Source: an uncultured Candidatus Saccharibacteria bacterium (lineage in GTDB: Bacteria; Patescibacteriota; Saccharimonadia; Saccharimonadales; UBA10212). Taken from it: DNA of 64,000 nt. The stretch is taken from NCBI GenBank assembly GCA_965231085.1, contig OZ246413.1, positions 27,991 through 91,990 on the forward strand. Direction: 5' to 3'. Shown here in pieces: positions 19,220 through 27,700 of the stretch; position 1 is the first letter of the stretch, and each line of letters starts with the position of its first letter. The position numbers were made by a program, and so were the translations under genes. A model generated the notes under the pieces. The model saw only the letters and a list, made by a program, of their open reading frames with translations. It was not told the DNA's origin and did not search any database.

Positions 19220-19603
19220 CTACTTCTTAGCGGCTGGTTTTTTCTTGGCAGCAGGCTTTTTGGCTACTACTTTTTTGGCTACCGGCTTAGTAGCTTTCTT
19301 GACTGGAGCGGCCTTTTTAGCCGGAGCTTTTGCAACCTTACCACCGGCTAATTTGGCCTTGGCAGCTAATTGAGCCTTTTGACGGGCAGCTTTGTTCTTA
19401 TGAATAACATTCTTTTTTACGGCTGTGTCGATGGCGCTAACAGCGTCACGCTGAGTTTTGGCAATCTCATCCGCTTTACCGCTAGCCAAGGCTTTAGTAA
19501 AGGCTTTGATAGATTCGCGAAGTGTACGCTTAGTTTTTGCATTGCGAAGATTAGCCTTAGCGGCTGTTTTTACTCGCTTCTTTGCTGATTTGATAATTGG
19601 CAC
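19220..19603 (-). CDS. rpsT: Ribosomal protein S20 with Lys/Ala-rich C-terminal extension
   Basis: PIIKSAKKRVKTAAKANLRNAKTKRTLR. GTG start 10 nt after AAGGAG. The tail is AKKAAPVKKATKPVAKKVVAKKPAAKKKPAAKK. Confidence 0.9.
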   Translation of the reverse strand: MPIIKSAKKRVKTAAKANLRNAKTKRTLRESIKAFTKALASGKADEIAKTQRDAVSAIDTAVKKNVIHKNKAARQKAQLAAKAKLAGGKVAKAPAKKAAPVKKATKPVAKKVVAKKPAAKKKPAAKK

Positions 19604-19748
19604 TAGTTATAACTCCTTAAATATTATTATCTAAAAACTAGATTAAAACTATACCTGTAAGGAGTTAGTTTGTCAAAGAATCTTCTTGCGGGGTATATAC
19701 GGTTATGCTAATCTGACAGATAGAAGTAACTAAAATAAAAACACAAAA

Positions 19749-21218
19749 ATGGACGCTGCAGCCAAACAACAGATAATTGACCGCGTTAAGCAGGCTAATA
19801 ACATATTGGTCACTGTTAGTGCTAACCCCTCTGTTGACCAGCTGGCTGCCTGTATTGGCCTAACACTACTGTTAAACAATATGGATAAGCACGCCACAGC
19901 AGTGTTCTCCGGCCAAGTTCCTTCGACTCTAGAGTTTTTGCAGCCAGAAAAAACAATCGAGACCAACACCGATAGTCTACGAGATTTCATAATTTCTCTG
20001 GATAAGAATAAGGCTGACAAACTGAAGTATAAAGTTGAAGATCAGGTTGTTCGAATCTACATAACTCCTTATAAAACTAGCCTTACCGAGAACGATTTAG
20101 TGTTCAGCCAGGGAGACTACAACGTGGAAGTTGTGATTGCTCTGGGTATTGCCGATAAGAACCACATCGATGCGGCTATTACAGCCCACGGCAAGATCCT
20201 ACACGATGCGACGGTCATAACTATGAACGCGGGGCAGGCCAAGGCTGAGCCACTAGGCCAGATAAACTGGCAAGAGCCCACGGCAAGCAGTTTGTGTGAA
20301 ATGATTGTTAGCCTTAGTGAGGCCTTTGGGAATAATTTGATTGATAACCAGATGGCAACGGCTTTTCTAACCGGTATAGTTGCCGAGACCAACCGGTTTA
20401 GTAATAACAAAACATCGCCTAAGGTAATGACCATGAGTGCTCAGCTGATGGCCGCTGGAGCTAACCAGCAACTTATTGTTAGTAAACTCGAACCACCGGC
20501 CAAGCCAGTCATAAAATATGTTCCAGGACAGGCGCCGGTTAAACCAGCATATAACGGCAAGCCGGAGGCAACACCGCAAGATGGAACCCTAAATGTTCAT
20601 AAATCAGGTAGTAAATCCACAGAAGTCGAGATTAAGCCGGAAGAAATACATATTGATGCTCAGGGTAATTTGAAAACTGCAGCCGATCTTTTGCAGCCAT
20701 TGCCCCCGTTAACGCCACCGGTAACTTCTCCTCCTGTGCCACCGGCTCAGGAGCCAGCCCCAGGCCCCAGCTACATGAGTGCCTCACCAGTTGGTAAGAC
20801 CGTTGTGCCACCAAAAACTGTAGCGCCAGAGCCAGATGTTGGCCCGCACGCGCTTCTTAGCCCTGATAAACAGTCTCAATATGATCAAGGAGCTTTTACA
20901 GCTAATACTCAGCCAGAGTGGGCCGATCCTAACCTAAACACTTCTTTTGATCCTATGAGTATGCCACCACCACCGCAGCAAACTCCACAATCTCCAGAAG
21001 CACATGTTGATTCTGCTAGAAACGCAGTCCAAAGCGCGCTTGCTGGCGCCCCACCACCTGTTCCGAACGCTGAAGTTTTTACGAAACCCGAGTCGATAAT
21101 ACAGAATTCGGAACCAGCCCCCGATATCAGTAAAGCAGCTGCACCACCGTTTCCACCACCGTTGGCTCCCGTTAGCGGGGCAGTGATCCCTGCTGATAGC
21201 TCGCAAAGCCGAGCTTAG
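19749..21218 (+). CDS. NrnA/DHH-DHHA1-like protein with degenerate catalytic motifs and about 230-aa Pro-rich tail
   Basis: The layout parallels NrnA, but HxxPDGD reads SANPSVD, DHH reads DKNH and GIxTDTGxF reads GIVAETNRF. The C-terminal half is low complexity and P-rich. Confidence 0.5.
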   Translation: MDAAAKQQIIDRVKQANNILVTVSANPSVDQLAACIGLTLLLNNMDKHATAVFSGQVPSTLEFLQPEKTIETNTDSLRDFIISLDKNKADKLKYKVEDQVVRIYITPYKTSLTENDLVFSQGDYNVEVVIALGIADKNHIDAAITAHGKILHDATVITMNAGQAKAEPLGQINWQEPTASSLCEMIVSLSEAFGNNLIDNQMATAFLTGIVAETNRFSNNKTSPKVMTMSAQLMAAGANQQLIVSKLEPPAKPVIKYVPGQAPVKPAYNGKPEATPQDGTLNVHKSGSKSTEVEIKPEEIHIDAQGNLKTAADLLQPLPPLTPPVTSPPVPPAQEPAPGPSYMSASPVGKTVVPPKTVAPEPDVGPHALLSPDKQSQYDQGAFTANTQPEWADPNLNTSFDPMSMPPPPQQTPQSPEAHVDSARNAVQSALAGAPPPVPNAEVFTKPESIIQNSEPAPDISKAAAPPFPPPLAPVSGAVIPADSSQSRA

Positions 21219-21236
21219 TTTGCTATTAGTTAAGTA

Positions 21237-21920
21237 ATGGACGGATTATTACTGGTCGACAAACCGGAAGGCATATCCAGCTTTGGTGCATTAGCCAAGG
21301 TCCGTAAGATTATTAGTCAAGCCGAAGGCAAAAAGATAAAAATTGGCCACTGCGGCACCCTAGACCCAGCCGCTAGTGGTTTGCTATTGCTGGTTATTGG
21401 CAAATATACCAAAAGGGCCGGCGACTATAGTAAGTTGGATAAAACTTATGAAACCGAGGTAACTCTTGGTCAGGTCAGCACAACTGCTGATAAAGAAGGC
21501 CAACTAACCAGAATCTCAAGTGAGCAACCAAATAAAAAGCAGGTTGAGGAGGTCTTAAAAACATTTATTGGCGAGATAAGCCAAACACCGCCAGTTTATA
21601 GTGCGATAAAGGTTGATGGTCAGCGGGCCTACAAGATGGCTCGGGCTGGCAAAGAAGTAGTAATCCAACCGCGAAAAGTGAAAATCTATTCAATCGAAAA
21701 TATTAAATATAACTACCCCAAAATCAGCTTTACGGTATCTGTTAGTAGCGGTACTTACATTCGAAGTTTGGCTGAGGACATAGGCAATAAACTGGGCACA
21801 GGCGCCTACTTATCGGCTCTTCGTCGTACTAAAGTTGATCATTTTGATATTAAAGAATCCCTGGACCTAAACAGCATTAGTTTCGAGGATATTTTGGGTA
21901 AGATTCAACAGGGGTTGTAA
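21237..21920 (+). CDS. truB: tRNA pseudouridine-55 synthase
   Basis: GLLLVDKPEGISSF and GHCGTLDPAASGLL. Confidence 0.92.
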   Translation: MDGLLLVDKPEGISSFGALAKVRKIISQAEGKKIKIGHCGTLDPAASGLLLLVIGKYTKRAGDYSKLDKTYETEVTLGQVSTTADKEGQLTRISSEQPNKKQVEEVLKTFIGEISQTPPVYSAIKVDGQRAYKMARAGKEVVIQPRKVKIYSIENIKYNYPKISFTVSVSSGTYIRSLAEDIGNKLGTGAYLSALRRTKVDHFDIKESLDLNSISFEDILGKIQQGL

Positions 21921-21954
21921 AGATAGGGATTTTCTGCTAGAATTGAGCTCAAGA

Positions 21955-22221
21955 ATGATTACTAGTGAGAAAAAAGCGGAGGTCGTAAAAGACTTACGTA
22001 AGCATGAAACTGACAGTGGATCGCCTGAAGTTCAGGTTGGTCTGCTTACTGCTCGTATTGCCGAACTAACAGCTCACATGAAAACAGCCAAGCATGACTT
22101 TGCCGCCCGACGAGCTCTATTAACACTGGTTGGCCAGCGCAAGAAGCATCTTAAATACATTGCCGAAAAAGACGGCGATAAGTATTTAGAGCTGATTAAA
22201 AAACTCGGCATTCGCCGCTAA
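21955..22221 (+). CDS. rpsO: Ribosomal protein S15
   Basis: DSGSPEVQVGLLTARI...LGIRR. ATG 21955 gives about 88 aa, matching the usual S15 length; the track start at 21943 is TTG. Confidence 0.9.
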   Translation: MITSEKKAEVVKDLRKHETDSGSPEVQVGLLTARIAELTAHMKTAKHDFAARRALLTLVGQRKKHLKYIAEKDGDKYLELIKKLGIRR

Positions 22222-22393
22222 AGTGCCCAGACTATAACTCCGCGTGATTGCGGGGAAAGCTTGTGCACATTAAAACACTAATAGTTCGTGGTCAGAGTTT
22301 CAGATATATTGCTAAACTTCATTTAAACGCACAAGTAGCATATATTTGCCCCCTGATCACGACTTACTTTGCCAGAAAGGAAAACATTTAAAA

Positions 22394-24523
22394 ATGGCAA
22401 CAATTAATCCACTAGGGAAACAAATAACTTCAGTTACAGCTGATTTTTGCGGTAAGCCCTTAACACTAGAAGTTGGCCGTGTAGGCTTTAGGACTAGTGC
22501 TAGCGTTATTGCTCGCTACGGCGACACAGTAGTTCTTGGAACAGCTATGGTCAGCCCAAATTCAGTTAGTGGTCTAGACTACTTTCCATTAAGCATTGAT
22601 TACGAAGAAAAATTTTATGCAGCCGGCAAGATCAGCGGCAGCCGCTTTATTAAGCGAGAAGGTCGCCCCAGCGACGAAGCCATATTAATTGGCCGCTTGA
22701 TTGATCGCCCAATCCGGCCTCTATGGCCCAAAGGCTATCGTCGAGAAGTGCAAGGTGTGGCTACCGTTCTTTCTATGGACCCAGGCTTTAGACCTGATGC
22801 CATTGCTATGATTGCTATGAGTGCGGCATTTATGCTAACCGGTGCTCCATTTGAAGGTCCGATAGCCGGGGTGCGAGTTGGCTTGGTAGACGGCAAACCG
22901 CAAGCTTTTGCCACAACCGAGCAGCTTGAAAACGGCGAACTGGATCTGGTAGTTGCTGGCACCGAAGACGCAATTATGATGGTTGAAGCTGGTGCTCGAG
23001 AAGTGTCAGAAGACACTGTAATTGAAGCAATGGAATATGCTCACAAAGCTATCCAGCCAGCTATTGCTCTACAGAATGAACTAGTCAAAAAAATCGGTGT
23101 AGAAAAGCTGGAATACGAACTAGAGAAGCCAAATGAAGATGTTCAGGCTAAAGTCGATAAATGGGTAGACGGTAAGTTGGGCGCAGCCCTAAGAACACAT
23201 TATCCTGAGCGCAATGAGCTTGTTGGTGAGCTGCGTGAGCAAATGCACGCTGAGATTGCCGACGAACTTGGTGAAGATTACGATAGCCAAAAAAACGAAT
23301 ATGACGAAGCTTTTCAGATGGCCATCCATAAAGACGTCCGCAAGGGAATCGTTGAGGATAATGTTCGACCAGATGGCCGTAAGTTCACAGAAATTAGAAA
23401 ACTCTCCAGTGAAGTTGGATTTCTACCTAGAGCTCACGGGTCCAGCCTGTTCGCTAGAGGCTTAACCCAGGCTATGAACGTGGTGACGTTAGCGCCACTT
23501 AGCTATGCTCAACTAATCGATACCATGGAGCGTGAGACAGAAAAGCGCTACATGCACCACTACAATGCCCCAGGCTATACGGTTGGTGAAGTTAAGCGCT
23601 TAGGCAGCCCAGGCCGTCGAGAAATTGGCCACAGCTATCTGGCAGAGCGAGCTTTGTCGGCTGTTATGCCTTCTGAGGCTGAGTTCCCGTACACAGTTCG
23701 CTCAGTAACCGAAATTATGAGTCAGAATGGTAGCACCAGCATGGCTGCGACTTGTTCTAGCTGCTTGGCCTTAATGGATGCTGGAGTTCCGCTCAAGGCT
23801 CCGGTTAGCGGAATTGCCATGGGTCTGATCATGGAAAACGGTAAACCATTCATCCTGAGTGACATAGCTGATGCCGAAGACTTTGCCGGAGATATGGATT
23901 TTAAAGTTACGGGTACCTCAAAAGGTATTACGGCTCTACAAATGGATATGAAAGTTCATGGATTGCCGGTTGAAATTTTGCGCCAAGCTCTCATGCAAGG
24001 CAAAGAAGGCCGTGCCGAAATTTTGAAGCACATGCTCGAAACTCTACCTGAGCCGCGTCGCGAAATGAGCCCATATGCTCCACGAGTTGAATCAATTACA
24101 ATCAACCCAGATAAAATCCGAGAGGTTATTGGTAAAGGTGGTGAAACAATCCAGAGAATTACTGCCGAAACCGGCGCCGACATTGATATCAAAGACGATG
24201 GAACAATCTTTATCGCCAGCCCAGATAAGAAGAGCATTGATGCGGCTCGTCACTGGATCGAGAGCATCACAGCTGAGCCGGAAGTTGGTAAAATCTATGA
24301 GAATGTACCGGTTGTGAACGTTATGGATTTTGGAGCCTTTGTGCAGATCATGCCAGGCAAAGATGGTCTGGTACACGTCAGCGAACTTAGTGAAGAGCGC
24401 GTTGACCGCCCAAGCGATGTAGTGAAAGAGGGGGACAGAGTTACCGTTAAGCTAATGGCGATTGATGATCGTGGCCGTTTGCAACTTTCAATGAAGGCCG
24501 CCGCTCGTGAGCTTAAAAAATAG
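22394..24523 (+). CDS. pnp: Polyribonucleotide nucleotidyltransferase (PNPase)
   Basis: Two RNase PH-like domains plus KH (IGKGGETIQ) and S1 (GAFVQIMPGKDGLVHVSEL). Classical rpsO-pnp order. Confidence 0.95.
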   Translation: MATINPLGKQITSVTADFCGKPLTLEVGRVGFRTSASVIARYGDTVVLGTAMVSPNSVSGLDYFPLSIDYEEKFYAAGKISGSRFIKREGRPSDEAILIGRLIDRPIRPLWPKGYRREVQGVATVLSMDPGFRPDAIAMIAMSAAFMLTGAPFEGPIAGVRVGLVDGKPQAFATTEQLENGELDLVVAGTEDAIMMVEAGAREVSEDTVIEAMEYAHKAIQPAIALQNELVKKIGVEKLEYELEKPNEDVQAKVDKWVDGKLGAALRTHYPERNELVGELREQMHAEIADELGEDYDSQKNEYDEAFQMAIHKDVRKGIVEDNVRPDGRKFTEIRKLSSEVGFLPRAHGSSLFARGLTQAMNVVTLAPLSYAQLIDTMERETEKRYMHHYNAPGYTVGEVKRLGSPGRREIGHSYLAERALSAVMPSEAEFPYTVRSVTEIMSQNGSTSMAATCSSCLALMDAGVPLKAPVSGIAMGLIMENGKPFILSDIADAEDFAGDMDFKVTGTSKGITALQMDMKVHGLPVEILRQALMQGKEGRAEILKHMLETLPEPRREMSPYAPRVESITINPDKIREVIGKGGETIQRITAETGADIDIKDDGTIFIASPDKKSIDAARHWIESITAEPEVGKIYENVPVVNVMDFGAFVQIMPGKDGLVHVSELSEERVDRPSDVVKEGDRVTVKLMAIDDRGRLQLSMKAAARELKK

Positions 24524-24535
24524 GGGGTAGGGCAG

Positions 24536-24727
24536 ATGGTAAAAATGACCAAAGAATCATTAATTGCAGTTGCGTTAGGCGCTATCTTAGTAGTTAGCGG
24601 CTTATATGGTTTTGCACGCTACGGTCTTGAGACCGAGCATCATTATCTGTTTAGCATTAAGAATTTGAGCTCAATAATCATTGGTTCGATATTTCTAATA
24701 GCTATATACAGCAGAGGCAAAAAATGA
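24536..24727 (+). CDS. Small two-TM membrane protein
   Basis: 63-aa ORF with two hydrophobic segments. Confidence 0.4.
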   Translation: MVKMTKESLIAVALGAILVVSGLYGFARYGLETEHHYLFSIKNLSSIIIGSIFLIAIYSRGKK

Positions 24728-24915
24728 AGAACAGGCTACTAACTACTTGGTGGGGAATGTTAATAAGTTCGGTAATTCTATTGGGCGTTGCTTACTGCTG
24801 GATGTTACTGGCTACGGAAACCGGTAACCTATTTGAGTATGCACTGTTAATCGCCTTTCTAATTGCTGGGATTAATCGCTTGAGAGCCGCTATCAAAATT
24901 CTGTTTCACAAATAA
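24724..24915 (+). CDS. Small two-TM membrane protein
   Basis: 63-aa ORF; ATGA overlap with the preceding small ORF. Confidence 0.4.
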   Translation: MKNRLLTTWWGMLISSVILLGVAYCWMLLATETGNLFEYALLIAFLIAGINRLRAAIKILFHK

Positions 24916-24918
24916 ATC

Positions 24919-25482
24919 ATGACTAAACAAGCCAAACTAGATAAAATAAAAGCAGATATTTTAGACAAAAATATTTGTCCAGAGCTAGCGAGCAGTGCAA
25001 CTCAACTTGTTTTTGGTGACGGCAGTGCGGACGCCGAGATCGTGTTTATTGGTGAGGCCCCAGGCAAGAACGAGGATATTCAAGGCTTGCCGTTCGTGGG
25101 GGCAGCCGGGAAATTTTTAAACGAAATGCTAGAGACCATCGGCATGAAGCGAGAAGACGTGTACATAACTAATATAGTTAAGTACCGCCCACCAGAGAAT
25201 CGCGATCCCAGCCCGGAGGAAAAACAAGCTTTTCTGCCATTTTTACAATCCCAGCTAGAGACTATAAAGCCCAAATTAGTGGTAACACTAGGGCGGCATA
25301 GCATGGATAGTCTCTTGCCGGGTTTGCAAATCAGCAAAGTCCATGGCCAGCCCAAAAGGTTTAACGGCCAGGTTTTCTTGCCTTTGTTTCATCCCGCAGC
25401 CGCTTTATATAACGGTAGTCTGCGCAACACTCTTATAGAAGATTTTGTGCGCATACCAAAGATATTGGCTGCAATTAAATAA
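24919..25482 (+). CDS. Uracil-DNA glycosylase, family 4
   Basis: GEAPGKNEDIQGLPFVGAAGKFL motif. Confidence 0.85.
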   Translation: MTKQAKLDKIKADILDKNICPELASSATQLVFGDGSADAEIVFIGEAPGKNEDIQGLPFVGAAGKFLNEMLETIGMKREDVYITNIVKYRPPENRDPSPEEKQAFLPFLQSQLETIKPKLVVTLGRHSMDSLLPGLQISKVHGQPKRFNGQVFLPLFHPAAALYNGSLRNTLIEDFVRIPKILAAIK

Positions 25483-25525
25483 GAAATTCATTTTATATCT
25501 CTTAAATAAGAAAGGAAAATTAAAC

Positions 25526-27595
25526 ATGAATCCAAAATCAAATAATCCCAGCCGCCCTCGGCCAAGTGGTCCACGACCACCGCGCCAGAGTGGTATAAAA
25601 AGGGAATCAACAACCGGCACTGGTCGCAATGTGTCGAGGGGCGCCGCTATACGTGCCCAAAAACGTTCAATCCAGGACGCAAATCGTGTAGCCAACCAAT
25701 ATCAGGATGCTGCGAGCAAACAAATGGATAAGCCGCGACGCGCTAACTTTATCGATGATACCCCGGGCATAAAAATTGTCGGATTGGGCGGTTTCAGCGA
25801 AGGTGGTGCCAAAAACATGATGGTTATTGAGTACAAAAACGATGCAATTGTCATTGACTGTGGTAACGATCTTGGCGTTGACCTACCTGGTATTAACTAC
25901 GGCATTGCCGACACTACCTACCTAGATCAAATTAAAAACAAGTTACGGGCCTTTGTGATTAGCCATGGCCATCTTGATCATATGGGGGCCATGCCGCATA
26001 TTTTGCCAAAGTACAATGTACCGGTTTACGGTAGCCGTTTTACTATTGGCCGAGTTGAGGAAATATTCCAAAACTTTGGGCTGCCAATGCCTGACGGATT
26101 TGAGTTAAAAACCGTCGTCATGAACGAAGATACCCATGAAAGGTTAAAAATCGGCGAGTTCTTTATTGAGCTTATCCGGGTAACACACTCAATTCCTGGC
26201 AGCACAATGATAGTTGTCGATACACCAGTTGGCCGCTTGATTAACACTGGTGACTTCCGACTTGATCCAAACCCGCTCGATCATGAGCGGACCGATATAG
26301 ATCGTCTGCAAGAGCTATCTAAAGATGGCGTGTTGCTCCTAATGAGCGAAAGTACGACAACCGAGAGACCAGGCCGTACCCCAAGTGAAAGCTCTATTGA
26401 AAAAAGCTTTACTGACATCATGGATCAGGCCCCAGGCCGTATTTTTGTGGCCATTTTCTCCACCAACGTTAACCGTATCCAGATGATTGTCAACGCTGCC
26501 ATTAAACACAATCGTAAGATTGCGCTTGATGGACGTAGCATGATGAGCACGCTTGAAATGGCTGTTAGAAACGGCTTCATGAAAATACCAAAAGGAACTT
26601 TCGTACCGATTGCTAATGCCGGTAGCTTTAAAGATGATGAAATTGTCGTTGTTTGTACCGGTGGACAGGGCGAGCCAAATTCAGCGCTCGTGCGCATGAG
26701 TATGGGCGACCACAAACATATCAACCTTAAGCCGCAAGATACCGTAATTCTATCTAGCACGCCAATTCCGTACACCGGAAACGACAGTCTGGTTCGCTCC
26801 ATGGTTGACGATTTGCTAATCAAGGGTGTTCACGTCTTTAGGCACGAAACGCGTGAAGTAGACAACTGCGGCCCATTGCACGTGTCTGGCCATGCTAGCC
26901 GCGACGAATATGCTGACATGATTAATTTTGTTAAGCCAAAGTTCTTTATGCCAATTTGGGGCGACTTTACGGCTAAAAAATATCATGAAGATCTTGCTAT
27001 CGAGCAGGGGATGCCGCGTAAGTCAATCGTAAATCCATTGAATGGCCAGGTTGTTTCACTTACTAAGGACAAGATAGAGATCGTTGGCGATGCGCCACAC
27101 GGTACAATCCTGGTTGATCAAACCGGTGCGATTGTAAGCAATATAGTGGTTAAAGACCGCGTGCTTCTAGCCGAGGAAGGCTTGGTGGCGGTGGTGCTAA
27201 CTATCGATAAAAAAACTGGACAACTGCTAACCAGCCCAGACATCATTAGTCGAGGATTTATCTACATGAAAGATAATGAAGAGCTAATGAATGCCTTTAG
27301 GGCAGAGTTGCGCCGAGCCGTAACTCAGCGATTCAAGCGCGTTGATCTAGATCGCTTTAAAGCCGAACTCAAAGATTACGTTACCCACTTCTTGTACGAG
27401 CAAACGCAACGAAGTCCGATCGTCATTCCAGTGGTTAATGTTATTGGTAGCCGAGTAGAAAAAACCAATAACAACGGTATGCAAGGGCACACCAGCGCTC
27501 AGCAGAAATCCCCGGAAGAAGCCGCTCTAGAGCAGCAAAAAAGATTTGCGCAAATGCGTCAACGGCTTCTAAACCAAGACGCCCGCGTAGACTAG
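25526..27595 (+). CDS. rnj: Ribonuclease J (metallo-beta-lactamase/beta-CASP) with basic disordered N-terminal extension
   Basis: HGHLDHMG motif, beta-CASP region, HVSGHASRDE. ATG 25526 follows AAAGGAAAA. Confidence 0.9.
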   Translation: MNPKSNNPSRPRPSGPRPPRQSGIKRESTTGTGRNVSRGAAIRAQKRSIQDANRVANQYQDAASKQMDKPRRANFIDDTPGIKIVGLGGFSEGGAKNMMVIEYKNDAIVIDCGNDLGVDLPGINYGIADTTYLDQIKNKLRAFVISHGHLDHMGAMPHILPKYNVPVYGSRFTIGRVEEIFQNFGLPMPDGFELKTVVMNEDTHERLKIGEFFIELIRVTHSIPGSTMIVVDTPVGRLINTGDFRLDPNPLDHERTDIDRLQELSKDGVLLLMSESTTTERPGRTPSESSIEKSFTDIMDQAPGRIFVAIFSTNVNRIQMIVNAAIKHNRKIALDGRSMMSTLEMAVRNGFMKIPKGTFVPIANAGSFKDDEIVVVCTGGQGEPNSALVRMSMGDHKHINLKPQDTVILSSTPIPYTGNDSLVRSMVDDLLIKGVHVFRHETREVDNCGPLHVSGHASRDEYADMINFVKPKFFMPIWGDFTAKKYHEDLAIEQGMPRKSIVNPLNGQVVSLTKDKIEIVGDAPHGTILVDQTGAIVSNIVVKDRVLLAEEGLVAVVLTIDKKTGQLLTSPDIISRGFIYMKDNEELMNAFRAELRRAVTQRFKRVDLDRFKAELKDYVTHFLYEQTQRSPIVIPVVNVIGSRVEKTNNNGMQGHTSAQQKSPEEAALEQQKRFAQMRQRLLNQDARVD

Positions 27596-27615
27596 CCATA
27601 GTTAGCAGAGCAGGA

Positions 27616-27645
27616 TTGACATTCTTAAAGTAGTTATGTTATAAT
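27616..27645 (+). promoter_or_regulatory. Sigma-70 promoter TTGACA-18 nt-TATAAT with extended -10 (TGt)
   Basis: TTGACA at 27616..27621; TGTTATAAT at 27637..27645. Upstream of ftsK. Confidence 0.55.
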
Positions 27646-27700
27646 TACAACATTAGTCTTATCTGTTCGGATAAGCTTAAACAGGTTATAATATTAGCTT

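Noticed and set aside
19611-19670. A 10-bp inverted repeat TAACTCCTTA / TAAGGAGTTA upstream of rpsT, considered as an SD-sequestering hairpin. CTGTAAGGAGTTA also recurs at about 17413..17425 on the opposite strand.
   Set aside because: On the rpsT strand the distal arm lies in the promoter spacer (TTGACA-17-TATAGT), upstream of the predicted TSS, so it would not be in the mRNA. A 13-mer recurring once in 64 kb (both strands) is within chance expectation.
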